Below, piece by piece: positions 9,969 to 19,097 of a stretch of 64,000 bases of DNA (the stretch's first letter is position 1; each line of letters opens with the position of its first letter). Below the pieces are notes generated by a model that did no database searches, was not told the DNA's origin, and worked only from the letters and a program-made list of their open reading frames with translations. Source of the stretch: Aquimonas sp. (GTDB lineage Bacteria > Pseudomonadota > Gammaproteobacteria > Xanthomonadales > Xanthomonadaceae); the NCBI GenBank assembly GCA_035440755.1, contig DAORND010000008.1:1796-65795 (forward strand), written 5' to 3'. The translations under genes and the position numbers were made by a program.

Positions 9969-10346
9969 TCAGCCCGGTCTTGTCGGCAAGCCTTCGTTGC
10001 ACCAGGCGATCATGCCTCCATCAAGGTTGATCAACGTTGCGTCACTACGTTCGCTTCGCAGCCTGGCGATGGCGCGTTGCGAACGCATGCCGCTTCGACA
10101 AACCACCAACAGCTCTCTGGTATCGGCGGGAATTCCCGCGCTTTTCAGTGCGTTCCAGCCATAGGCGTCAACGTCACCGAGCGGCACGTGCTTGGCCTGC
10201 GCAATCATGCCGCCGGCGACTTCGTTGGCTTCACGAACATCGATGGCGGCGACACCGCGCGCGATCAGCTGTTCGGCCTCGCGTGGCCCCACGCCGCCCG
10301 CCTGACCGGAAAACACCTGCTTCAACCAGTCCATCGGATTGGTCAT
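9969..10346 (-). CDS. Single-domain rhodanese (sulfurtransferase)
   Basis: IDVRE..E, active-site loop VCRSGMRS, NLDGGMIAW; ATG at 10346 overlaps the upstream stop. Confidence 0.92.
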   Translation of the reverse strand: MTNPMDWLKQVFSGQAGGVGPREAEQLIARGVAAIDVREANEVAGGMIAQAKHVPLGDVDAYGWNALKSAGIPADTRELLVVCRSGMRSQRAIARLRSERSDATLINLDGGMIAWCNEGLPTRPG

Positions 10347-10693
10347 GTCTTGCTTCCTCCCCCACAGTAGATGCGATGCAGTACGGCAATGATGTCGTGG
10401 ACCGGACCATCGGCCAGCGAATAGAAAATGGTCTGCGCGCTGCGTCGGGTTCTCACCAGTCCCTCTTCGCGCAACACGGCCAGGTGCTGCGAGAGGGCCG
10501 ATTGCGACAGATCCATGCCCGCGTTGATGTCGCCCACCGCTTGCTCGCCATCCGCCAGCATGCAAAGGATCATCAGGCGACGGTCGTTGGCAATGGCCTT
10601 CAGCAGACGCGAAGCGTCGCTGGCGTGGCCGCGCATTTCTGCTGCTTCGGAGGCTACCAGCGCGCGCGAGCGCTCAATCGATTCGACAGTCAT
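10343..10693 (-). CDS. ArsR/SmtB family persulfide-sensing repressor (BigR/SqrR/HlyU type)
   Basis: LLKAIANDRRLMILCML (Cys in helix 2), SQSALSQHLAVLREEGLV, C-terminal LHRIYC (second Cys): the two-Cys pattern of BigR/SqrR. Confidence 0.9.
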   Translation of the reverse strand: MTVESIERSRALVASEAAEMRGHASDASRLLKAIANDRRLMILCMLADGEQAVGDINAGMDLSQSALSQHLAVLREEGLVRTRRSAQTIFYSLADGPVHDIIAVLHRIYCGGGSKT

Positions 10694-10700
10694 GGCGGAC

Positions 10701-11090
10701 TCAGCGCGTAGTAACCGGATGACCGCGTTCGGTCCACGCGGTGATGCCACCGGCCATTGAGCGCACCTTGCTGAAACCCATCTGTTGCAGCGCATCTGCA
10801 GCCAGCGCAGAGCGGCCACCGGTACGGCAATAGAGCGTGATCGCACGGTCTCGCAGTGCCAAGGCGGGATCGACGGCGCAGGCCATAGCGGGATGGGCCT
10901 CAACCTGAAACTCCAGCACGCCACGCGGAATATTGATCGCACCCGCGAGGTGTCCCATCTCGAACTCGGCCGGTTCGCGAACGTCAATCAGCACATCTTC
11001 GCGATGTTCCTCCGCCGCAAGGGCGTCGACACTTACTTCAGAGATTCGGGTCTTGGCGGCAGCGACTAGATCGCTTGCGGAAAGGGACAT
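10701..11090 (-). CDS. Single-domain rhodanese (sulfurtransferase)
   Basis: LIDVREPAEF..GHLAGAINIPRG, LYCRTGGRSALAA, SMAGGITAW; GAAGGAG RBS. Confidence 0.93.
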   Translation of the reverse strand: MSLSASDLVAAAKTRISEVSVDALAAEEHREDVLIDVREPAEFEMGHLAGAINIPRGVLEFQVEAHPAMACAVDPALALRDRAITLYCRTGGRSALAADALQQMGFSKVRSMAGGITAWTERGHPVTTR

Positions 11091-11106
11091 CGGAAGCTCT
11101 CCTTCA

Positions 11107-11143
11107 AATATGAGTTGACACTAATATAAGTGCAAACTAAATT
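11107..11143. promoter_or_regulatory. Overlapping divergent sigma70 promoters with shared palindromic operator
   Basis: + strand TTGACA(11115-20)-N17-TAAATT(11138-43); - strand TTGCAC(11135-30)-N17-CATATT(11112-07); 12/14 palindrome CACTAATATAAGTG at 11119-11132. Confidence 0.72.
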
Positions 11144-11323
11144 AGCGTGCATCAAGCATACTGCGTTCCAGCCGATTACTCTACGGCCCAAGCGGGATAT
11201 GGCTGCGCGGCACAGGTCGAGGTGCCCAGCCGGTCTGGTGAAATCGGCGTATATACAGCAGTGCTCGCCCCACCGGCAGGGGCGTGACACCTCATTTCGG
11301 CCGGGGAGAGGGAGATTTGTCAC

Positions 11324-12592
11324 ATGGCTAAGATCGTTGTACTGGGTGGCGGCATCGGCGGTACCAGCATGGCTTATGAGCTGCGCGCGGCGCTCGGCAA
11401 GGAACACAGCATTTCCGTCGTGGGTGATACCCCGCTGTTTTCGTTCACGCCGTCCAATCCCTGGGTGGCAGTCGGCTGGCGTAAGCCCAGCGACATTCAG
11501 GTCAATATCGGCCAATACCTGGCCAAGAAGGGCATTGCCTTCAATCCGGTCGGTGCGCAGGAACTGAAGCCTGCTGAGAACGCCATCATCCTGCGCGATG
11601 GGCACCGCATGGAGTATGACTACCTCGTCATCACGACCGGCCCACGCCTGGCGTTTGACGAAATTCCCGGCTTGGGCCCGGATGGCCATACGCACTCGGT
11701 ATGCACGACGCCGCACGCGTTGGAAGGCTGGATGGCCTACCAGGAGTTCGTGAAGAACCCCGGACCCATCGTCGTTGGTGCTGCACAGGGCGCAAGCTGC
11801 TTTGGTCCCGCCTACGAGTTCATCATGATCCTTGATGCGGATCTGCGTAAGCGCAAGATTCGCGACAAGGTGCCGATGACCTATGTCAGCAGTGAGCCCT
11901 ATGTCGGGCACATGGGTCTGGGCGGCGTCGGTGATTCCAAAGGCTTGCTCGAGGGAGAGTTCCGACAGCGCCATATCAAGTGGATCGTCAACTCGAAGAT
12001 CACCGAAGTGCGCGATGGCGAGATGGCCGTGCAGGAAATGGATGCCGACGGCAAGCCGTTGCGCGAGCACACCGTGCCGTTCAAATATTCGATGATTCTT
12101 CCCGCATTTACTGGCGTGGATGCCGTGCGCACGGCACCAGAGATGTGCAATCCGCGTGGTTTTGTCTTGATCGACAAGCACCAGCGCAATCCGAAGTATC
12201 CCAATGTCTACTCGGCCGGCGTGTGCGTCGCCATTCCTCCTGTGGAGCCGACACCTGTGCCGACGGGCGCGCCGAAGACGGGTTTCATGATCGAGTCGAT
12301 GGTGACTGCCATCGTTGACAACATCAAAGCGGAGTTGACTGGCAAGCCCGTCGAGGCGGTCGCCACTTGGAATGCCATCTGCTTGGCCGACATGGGCGAC
12401 ACCGGTGCTGCGTTCGTCGCGCTTCCGCAGATTCCGCCGCGCAACGTGACCTGGGCCAAGGTCGGCAAGTGGGTGCATCTGGCCAAGATCGCGTTCGAGA
12501 AATATTTCCTTTTCAAAGTGAAGTCCGGCAACAACGAGCCTGTGTACGAAAAATACGTGCTCAAGGCGCTGGGCATCATGCGTTTGAAGTGA
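11324..12592 (+). CDS. sqr: Sulfide:quinone oxidoreductase, type I (SqrA-like)
   Basis: GGGIGG FAD motif, FTPSNPW, SVCT, GASCFGPAYE, GVCVAIPP..PTPVPTGAPKTGFMIESM, CLADMGD; all three conserved cysteines present. Confidence 0.95.
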   Translation: MAKIVVLGGGIGGTSMAYELRAALGKEHSISVVGDTPLFSFTPSNPWVAVGWRKPSDIQVNIGQYLAKKGIAFNPVGAQELKPAENAIILRDGHRMEYDYLVITTGPRLAFDEIPGLGPDGHTHSVCTTPHALEGWMAYQEFVKNPGPIVVGAAQGASCFGPAYEFIMILDADLRKRKIRDKVPMTYVSSEPYVGHMGLGGVGDSKGLLEGEFRQRHIKWIVNSKITEVRDGEMAVQEMDADGKPLREHTVPFKYSMILPAFTGVDAVRTAPEMCNPRGFVLIDKHQRNPKYPNVYSAGVCVAIPPVEPTPVPTGAPKTGFMIESMVTAIVDNIKAELTGKPVEAVATWNAICLADMGDTGAAFVALPQIPPRNVTWAKVGKWVHLAKIAFEKYFLFKVKSGNNEPVYEKYVLKALGIMRLK

Positions 12593-12617
12593 TCCGTTCC
12601 TTTTCTGGAGACAATCG

Positions 12618-12821
12618 ATGAATCTTGATCGAGCCATTTTTGCCTTCGCTGGCGTGATGATCTTGGTGAGCCTGGCGCTGGGGCATTTCGTGTCGCCGTA
12701 CTGGCTACTGTTGACGGCCTTTGTGGGCTTGAACCTGCTGCAGTCGGCGTTCACCGGTTTTTGCCCGGCGGCCATGATTCTCGGCAAGTTCGGCGTCAAA
12801 GCCGGTTGCGCATTCAAGTAA
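12618..12821 (+). CDS. DUF2892 (YgaP-like) small inner-membrane protein
   Basis: MNLDRAIFAFAG..., two TM helices, conserved FTGFCP. Confidence 0.88.
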   Translation: MNLDRAIFAFAGVMILVSLALGHFVSPYWLLLTAFVGLNLLQSAFTGFCPAAMILGKFGVKAGCAFK

Positions 12822-12831
12822 GGACGACCTC

Positions 12832-13917
12832 ATGCAGATGCGAACCGAACTGGGTGTGCTGGCATTGGTCAGCGCACTGACTCTTGGCCTGACGGGTTGC
12901 GGTGGAGAATCCACGCCGACCGAAATCGTGGCGAGCGGCGAACTGCCGTTCTCCACCTTGACGGTTTCTCCGGTTTCCGCCCAACGCGAACGCATCTGGG
13001 ATGGCGTGATCGAAGCGGTGAACCAGGCCACCTTGTCTGCGCAGACAGGTGGCCGGGTCCGCGAGGTTCTAGTCGACGTCAACGATTATGTGAAGGCAGG
13101 AGATGTCATCCTGCGTTTTACCGACGTCGAGCAACAGTCTGCAATTCGTCAGGCGCAAGCCGCGTTGGCCGCGGCAAAAGCGGCGTTGGACGAGGCGGAA
13201 TCCGATTTCAAGCGGATCAGCGAGATCTTTGGACGGCAGTTGGTTTCGAAAGCGCAGTTGGATCAGGCGACGGCGCGCCGTGACGCCGCCAAGGCGCAGC
13301 ATGAGTCCGCGCAAGCCGCCGTGCGCGCTGCCAACGAGCAGGTTGACTACACCGTCGTCCGCGCGCCGTATTCTGGCATCGTCACCCAGCGCCACGTTGA
13401 AGTAGGCGAGGCAGTGAATCCGGGTCAGCCGTTGATCTCGGGTTTGTCGCTGGACAAGCTCCGCGTCAACGTGCAAATACCGCAGAGCGACATGGCGTCC
13501 ATACGCGAGCACGCCAAAGCCTCCCTGCTACTGGCAGATGGCAAGCGCATCGACGCAGAACAGGTGATCGTGTTTCCGTATGCAGACCCAACGACGCATA
13601 CCTTCAGCGTGCGCTTGGAGCTGCCGCAGGCGGAAACCGGTCTGCAACCGGGGATGACTGCCAAGGCGGCATTTGTAATCGGTGCCTCCGAGCGACTCTT
13701 GGTGCCTGAATCCGCATTGGTTCGACGCAGTGAGGTCACTGCCGTTTACGTGGTCAGCGAGGGCAAAGTCAGTTTGCGTCAGATTCGTCTGGGGCACCGT
13801 TTTGGCAATGAAATCGAGGTGTTGGCAGGTCTTTCTGCGGGCGACGCGGTCGCCACCGATCCGGTAGCCGCGGGTGTCTACCTCTCCCGCATGCACGCCC
13901 GGGAGTTGGCGCAATGA
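12832..13917 (+). CDS. RND efflux periplasmic adaptor (MFP), lipoprotein
   Basis: Lipobox LTGC, lipoyl halves (SAQTGGRV..V.V...DYVKAG; VRAPYSGIV), alpha-helical hairpin, GLQPGM. Confidence 0.95.
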   Translation: MQMRTELGVLALVSALTLGLTGCGGESTPTEIVASGELPFSTLTVSPVSAQRERIWDGVIEAVNQATLSAQTGGRVREVLVDVNDYVKAGDVILRFTDVEQQSAIRQAQAALAAAKAALDEAESDFKRISEIFGRQLVSKAQLDQATARRDAAKAQHESAQAAVRAANEQVDYTVVRAPYSGIVTQRHVEVGEAVNPGQPLISGLSLDKLRVNVQIPQSDMASIREHAKASLLLADGKRIDAEQVIVFPYADPTTHTFSVRLELPQAETGLQPGMTAKAAFVIGASERLLVPESALVRRSEVTAVYVVSEGKVSLRQIRLGHRFGNEIEVLAGLSAGDAVATDPVAAGVYLSRMHARELAQ

Positions 13918-16900
13918 GCGAGCGCGACGGCGCGCCTGCGATGGGCATTTCCGGCCGTCTTGCGGCGGCATTTCAGGCCAATCCGCTGACGCCCATCCTG
14001 GCGATTGCGGGTCTCCTTCTCGGTATGGTTGCGGTGATGATCACGCCGCGCGAGGAAGAGCCGCAGATCGATGTGACCATGGCCAACGTCACCGTGCCGT
14101 TTCCGGGAGCGCCGGTTGATGATGTTGAGAACCTGATCAGTGTCCCACTGGAACAGGTGCTTTCGGAGATTGATGGCGTAAAACACGTCTACTCGGTATC
14201 GCGCCCTGGTGTGTCGATGACCACGGTCGAGTTTGATGTGGGCGTGCCACGCGCAGATGCATTGGTGCGGCTGTACAACCAGATCTATTCGAATCTGGAC
14301 TGGTCGCCGCAGGGACTGGGCGTTGGTCAGCCCCTGGTGCGCCCGATGGGTATTGATGACGTGCCGGTCATGGGTCTGACCTTGTGGACCGACGATCCAG
14401 CACGCGGTGCAACGGACGTGGCGGAAGTTGCGCACACTCTTGAGGCCGAATTGAAACGCATCCCAGGAACGCGCGATGTGTATACGATCGGCGCACCCGA
14501 CCGTGCCGTGATTGTTGAGCTGGACGCCACCAAACTGGCCTCCTACGGTATGGACGTTGCCGACCTCTCCAACGCCTTGCTGGCCAGCAATGTGGTCTCT
14601 CAGGCAGGCGACCGGATCGGCCCAGAAGGACAAGTTCCGGTGACTGGGGGGACCTATCTCGCGGATGCGCGTCAGGTTGCCGAGCTGGTCATCGGCTTGC
14701 GGGATGGCAAACCCCTGTTTCTGTCGGATGTGGCGACCGTGCGGCGCGGCGCGGACATGCCAACGCAATATGTGTGGCATGGCGTACCCGCGGGTCAGCA
14801 TGGGCCTCAACAGGGCATCGCGCCGGCGGTGACCATTGCTGTCGCCAAGAAGCCGGGTGCCAATGCAGCCGACATCACCAAGGCCATCGAACACCGTATC
14901 GAGATCTTGCGTGGGAGTGTCATTCCAGAGGGCGTGGAAGTTACCGTCACGCGGGACTACGGCAAGACCGCGAACGACAAGGCGATCAAGCTGATCCAGA
15001 AATTGGTGTTCGCGACGATGGCGGTGGTCTTGTTGGTGCTGTTTGCGCTGGGCTGGCGCGAAGCCATCGTGGTGGGTGCGGCGGTCATCATCACCCTAGC
15101 GCTGACCTTGTTCGCCAGTTGGGCGATGGGCTTCACGATCAATCGCGTATCACTTTTTGCTCTGATCTTCTCCATCGGTATCTTGGTTGACGATGCCATT
15201 GTGGTGGTGGAGAACATCCATCGGCATATGGCAAAAGGCGGTCGAACCTTGTTCGAGGCTATCCCTCCGGCGGTCGATGAGGTCGGCAGTCCGACCATCC
15301 TGGCGACGTTCACCGTGATCGCTGCCCTGTTGCCAATGGCTTTCGTCACCGGATTGATGGGGCCCTATATGCGGCCGATCCCGATCAATGCCTCGGTGGG
15401 CATGCTGCTATCGCTGGCGGTGGCATTGATCGTGACGCCCTGGCTGTCCTTGAAGCTGCTGTCGCGCCACCTTGGCGAGCATGCACAGGGCACATCCGAT
15501 GGTCATGGTGCGGGCATCGCGGCGCGACTGCATGGCGTTTTTGATCGCATCATGCGGCCCTTCCTCGACCGCCAACGTGGTGGCCGACGTCGAAACTGGT
15601 TGTGGGCGGGTATCGGTGTGGCACTGGTGCTTTCTGCCGGGATGGCAGTGGTGCAGTGGGTCGTGCTGAAAATGCTGCCCTTCGACAACAAGTCGGAATT
15701 CCAGGTCGTGGTCGACATGCCCGAAGGCAGCACGCTGGAGCGCACGAATGCGTTGCTTCAGGAACTGGCCGGAGTGGTCGCCGAACTGCCAGAAGTGAGT
15801 GATTATCAGGGCTACGCGGGAACCTCCGGACCGGTCAATTTCAATGGCCTCGTTCGCCAGTACTACCTGCGTCAGGGTCCCATCGTCGCCGACCTGCAAG
15901 TCAATCTGGTCGACAAGCATGATCGTGATCGCAAGAGTCACGAGATCGCCCGCGCGGTGCGTCCACAGCTCGCTGCAATCGGCAAGCAGTACGGCGCATC
16001 CGTCAAAGTCGTCGAGGTTCCGCCCGGACCGCCAGTTCTGTCTCCGCTGGTCGCGGAAATCTATGGGTCGGATCAGGCCACGGCACGCGCCATGGCGCGT
16101 GAGCTGGTCGGCAAGTTCGAGGCGACCGAGGGCTTGGTGGACATCGATACCACGGTCGAGTCGGAATCAGCGCGCGATCTGGTGCTGGTGGACCGTGCGC
16201 GTGCAGCCCAGATGGGCGTCAGTCAGGCGGCCATTGCGCAGGCCTTGCGGACCGGCTTGTCCGGCAATGACGCGACCTACCTGCGAGACGGCGCTTCGAA
16301 GTATCCCGTGCCGGTGCGCTTGCGCTTGCCTGCCGGTGATCAAGCCAGCATGGATCAATTGCTGGCGCTTCGAGTTCGCACTCAGGACGGGCGACTGATC
16401 CCGCTGTCCGAAGTCGTTACGGTGCAGCGCGTCACCTGGGAGAATGCGATCTATCACAAGGACCTGCTGCCGGTCGTATACGTCATGGCAGACGAGGCGG
16501 GTGCGTTGGATAGCCCTCTCTATGGCATGTTTGACGTGGTCGGTCAGTTGGGTGACGAGATGCTCGCTGGCTACGGCATCAAGCAGTACTTCATTGCTCA
16601 GCCGGAGTCCACGGCGGAGTTCGGCATCAAATGGGACGGCGAGTGGCAGATCACCTATGAAACGTTCCGCGACATGGGAATCGCCTATGGCGTGGGCATG
16701 GTGCTGATCTATCTGCTGGTGGTGGCGCAGTTCCGCAGCTATGTCGTTCCACTGATCATCATGGCGCCGATTCCGCTCACCGTGATTGGCGTGATGCCCG
16801 GCCACGCCTTGCTCGGTGCGCAATTCACCGCGACCAGCATGATCGGCATGATCGCGTTGGCGGGAATCATCGTGCGCAACTCGATATTGCTGGTGGACTT

Positions 16901-17162
16901 CATCAACAGCGAGCTGGCGGCGGGTCGTCGCCTTGACGACGCAGTGATCGACGCCTGTGCCGTCCGCGCGCAGCCGATTGCTCTAACGGCGCTGGCGGCG
17001 ATGCTCGGTGCGTTGTTCATCCTTGATGACCCCATTTTCAATGGCCTCGCCATTGCGCTGATCTTCGGCATCCTGGTGAGCACGGTTCTGACCCTGGTCG
17101 TGATCCCCTTGCTCTACTACGTGTTTCTCAATCGTCGCCAGCCCGGCGAGGCGCAGCCATGA
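13914..17162 (+). CDS. RND efflux permease (AcrB/AcrD/AcrF superfamily)
   Basis: 1082 aa; TM4 GILVDDAIVVVENI, TM10 GIIVRNSILLVDF, TM11 RAQPIALTA proton-relay residues; ATGA overlap with the MFP. Confidence 0.97.
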   Translation: MSERDGAPAMGISGRLAAAFQANPLTPILAIAGLLLGMVAVMITPREEEPQIDVTMANVTVPFPGAPVDDVENLISVPLEQVLSEIDGVKHVYSVSRPGVSMTTVEFDVGVPRADALVRLYNQIYSNLDWSPQGLGVGQPLVRPMGIDDVPVMGLTLWTDDPARGATDVAEVAHTLEAELKRIPGTRDVYTIGAPDRAVIVELDATKLASYGMDVADLSNALLASNVVSQAGDRIGPEGQVPVTGGTYLADARQVAELVIGLRDGKPLFLSDVATVRRGADMPTQYVWHGVPAGQHGPQQGIAPAVTIAVAKKPGANAADITKAIEHRIEILRGSVIPEGVEVTVTRDYGKTANDKAIKLIQKLVFATMAVVLLVLFALGWREAIVVGAAVIITLALTLFASWAMGFTINRVSLFALIFSIGILVDDAIVVVENIHRHMAKGGRTLFEAIPPAVDEVGSPTILATFTVIAALLPMAFVTGLMGPYMRPIPINASVGMLLSLAVALIVTPWLSLKLLSRHLGEHAQGTSDGHGAGIAARLHGVFDRIMRPFLDRQRGGRRRNWLWAGIGVALVLSAGMAVVQWVVLKMLPFDNKSEFQVVVDMPEGSTLERTNALLQELAGVVAELPEVSDYQGYAGTSGPVNFNGLVRQYYLRQGPIVADLQVNLVDKHDRDRKSHEIARAVRPQLAAIGKQYGASVKVVEVPPGPPVLSPLVAEIYGSDQATARAMARELVGKFEATEGLVDIDTTVESESARDLVLVDRARAAQMGVSQAAIAQALRTGLSGNDATYLRDGASKYPVPVRLRLPAGDQASMDQLLALRVRTQDGRLIPLSEVVTVQRVTWENAIYHKDLLPVVYVMADEAGALDSPLYGMFDVVGQLGDEMLAGYGIKQYFIAQPESTAEFGIKWDGEWQITYETFRDMGIAYGVGMVLIYLLVVAQFRSYVVPLIIMAPIPLTVIGVMPGHALLGAQFTATSMIGMIALAGIIVRNSILLVDFINSELAAGRRLDDAVIDACAVRAQPIALTALAAMLGALFILDDPIFNGLAIALIFGILVSTVLTLVVIPLLYYVFLNRRQPGEAQP

Positions 17163-17620
17163 CTGATACCGACTCACTGATCATTGCCTGTCCGCATTGT
17201 CACGGACTCAACCGTTTGCCGCAGGCACGCCTGAAGGATGCGCCACACTGCGGCAAGTGCGGCGCGACGATTTTCTCGGGCAAACCGTTCGAGCTCGACG
17301 CCAGCAATTTCGAAGTTCATGTGGCACGTTCGCAGTTGCCCATCTTGGTCGACTTCTGGGCGCCGTGGTGTGGTCCCTGTCGATTGATGGCGCCTGCCTT
17401 CGCGCAAGCTGCCTCGCAGTTGGAACCCCAGTTCCATCTGGCCAAGGTGGATACCGAAGCGCAGCCGATGCTGGGGCAGCGCTTTGGCATTCGCAGCATT
17501 CCCACCTTGGCACTGTTTCACAACGGAACCGAGATCGGACGTCAGTCTGGTGCCTTGCCGCTAGGTGAAATCGTGCGCTTCGCGCGCACCCAGTTCATGA
17601 ACTACGTGGCGGGTCTGTAG
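17159..17620 (+). CDS. trxC: Thioredoxin 2 (zinc-finger thioredoxin)
   Basis: CPHC...CGKC zinc site and WAPWCGPC active site, IRSIPTL. Confidence 0.93.
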   Translation: MTDTDSLIIACPHCHGLNRLPQARLKDAPHCGKCGATIFSGKPFELDASNFEVHVARSQLPILVDFWAPWCGPCRLMAPAFAQAASQLEPQFHLAKVDTEAQPMLGQRFGIRSIPTLALFHNGTEIGRQSGALPLGEIVRFARTQFMNYVAGL

Positions 17621-17622
17621 CC

Positions 17623-18078
17623 ATGTCGGACGCCCGCTTTTCATTGACCGTCGAGCAGGAATCGGACTACGTCTTTCGAGTCCGTTTTGATGACACAGAC
17701 ATCCCCGATCTGCTGACCGACGAACCAGAGCCGCTCGGTGGTGGCAGTGGCCCCAATCCCTCGCGCATGCTGGTTGCGGCGGTCGCCAATTGCATGAGCG
17801 CGAGCCTGCTGTTCTCGCTGCGCAAGTTCAAGAATACGCCGGGCACCCTGGTCACCAAGGCGACCGCACATCTGGGCCGCAGTCCCGAAGGACGCCTGCG
17901 CGTCGAGCGAATCGACGCCGAAATCGCGTTGCCCGAAATGGCGGGCAGCTACGCACAACTCGAACGCATTCTTGGACAGTTCGAACAGTTTTGCGTCGTG
18001 ACAGAAAGCGTGCGCAATGGCGTGGCCGTGAACGTCCGCGTCGTCGATCCAACCGGTGTCGTCCTGCATGGCGAGTGA
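17623..18078 (+). CDS. OsmC/Ohr family protein
   Basis: DEPEPLGGGSGPNP..LVAAVANC...FCVVTESV, two-Cys OsmC pattern. Confidence 0.9.
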   Translation: MSDARFSLTVEQESDYVFRVRFDDTDIPDLLTDEPEPLGGGSGPNPSRMLVAAVANCMSASLLFSLRKFKNTPGTLVTKATAHLGRSPEGRLRVERIDAEIALPEMAGSYAQLERILGQFEQFCVVTESVRNGVAVNVRVVDPTGVVLHGE

Positions 18079-18113
18079 GTTCGCCACCGAGTTTTTCTGA
18101 TGGAGCTACACCA

Positions 18114-19097
18114 ATGAAATCTCTTGTCATTGCCTTGAGTCTGCTGATGGCAGGCTCCGACGCCCACGCCCAAGAGGCGGCAAACCCGGATGCCGCCAGT
18201 GCCGCAAAAGCGCAAGCGGCGATCAAGGACCTGGGCCAATCCCTGCGCGGTGCGTTGGTCGCCAAGATGCAGTCGGAAGGCCCGGTGGCGGCGGTCAATT
18301 TCTGCCACGACGAAGCCCCGCTCATCGCCTCCCAGGTCGCCGAGCGTCATCAGGTGCAGATTGGACGCACGGCGGTGCGCCATCGCAGCCCGAGCAATGC
18401 CCCCAGCGAATGGCAACAAGCGGCGCTGGCGGAATTTGCCGCCAAGGTGGCAGAGGGCGCTCCGGCGGCTGGAATGACCTCGTCAAGTACGGTTGATGTC
18501 AACGGTGAAAGTCGTTTCCGCTTTGTGCAGAGCATCCCGACCGAGGCACCCTGCCTGGCCTGCCACGGTGACACTGTCGCGCCACCGATCAAGGCCGAAA
18601 TCGACAAGCATTACCCGCAAGACACGGCGACGGGCTTCAAGGAAGGTGACCTGCGTGGCATGTTCTGGGTGGAGTTCCCGATGACTCCCGCCGCCACGCC
18701 CGTGTCACAGAACCCGCCGGATCAACGCGCCCCTATCGTAATGAGCGAAGCGCAACGTGTGTCCCTGCGACTGGAAATGCGCGGACGCATGGAAACGCTG
18801 CAAGGCGTCATGGCCGCGCTGGCCTCGGGCGATTGGTCTGAAGTCGCCAAGCGCTCGGAAGAGGGCACACGTGGGCAGCATCGCGGTGTCGACTTCCGCT
18901 CGGCATTGCCTCAGGAATGGTTTGGCATGGCGCGCCCCATGCACGGCGAGTTCGCGGCCATCCAGCACGAGGCCGAGGGTCAGAAGCGCGTCGACGTCGC
19001 CCTGCAACATCTGGCCAAGGCAGGTCAGTACTGCACGTCCTGTCATGCGACTTTCCGCCCCGTGACGCCTAGCGAGAGCGCTGTCGCGCAGCAATGA
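18114..19097 (+). CDS. Secreted diheme c-type cytochrome: DUF3365/Tll0287-like domain fused to a cytochrome c'-like helical domain
   Basis: Signal peptide MKSLVIALSLL; AVNFCHDEAP, RTAVRHRSPSNAP, CLACHG, YPQDTATGFKEGDLRG (DUF3365 pattern); Pro-rich linker; second domain ends CTSCHATFR. Confidence 0.8.
   Translation: MKSLVIALSLLMAGSDAHAQEAANPDAASAAKAQAAIKDLGQSLRGALVAKMQSEGPVAAVNFCHDEAPLIASQVAERHQVQIGRTAVRHRSPSNAPSEWQQAALAEFAAKVAEGAPAAGMTSSSTVDVNGESRFRFVQSIPTEAPCLACHGDTVAPPIKAEIDKHYPQDTATGFKEGDLRGMFWVEFPMTPAATPVSQNPPDQRAPIVMSEAQRVSLRLEMRGRMETLQGVMAALASGDWSEVAKRSEEGTRGQHRGVDFRSALPQEWFGMARPMHGEFAAIQHEAEGQKRVDVALQHLAKAGQYCTSCHATFRPVTPSESAVAQQ

Noticed and set aside
11066-12817. 583-aa minus-strand ORF, and similar long ORFs at 3987-5312, 49973-51766 and 53791-55269
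   Set aside because: Shadow frames of well-supported genes (sqr, hutU, panC/pgi, ccoN), expected in GC-rich DNA; no motifs or RBS.
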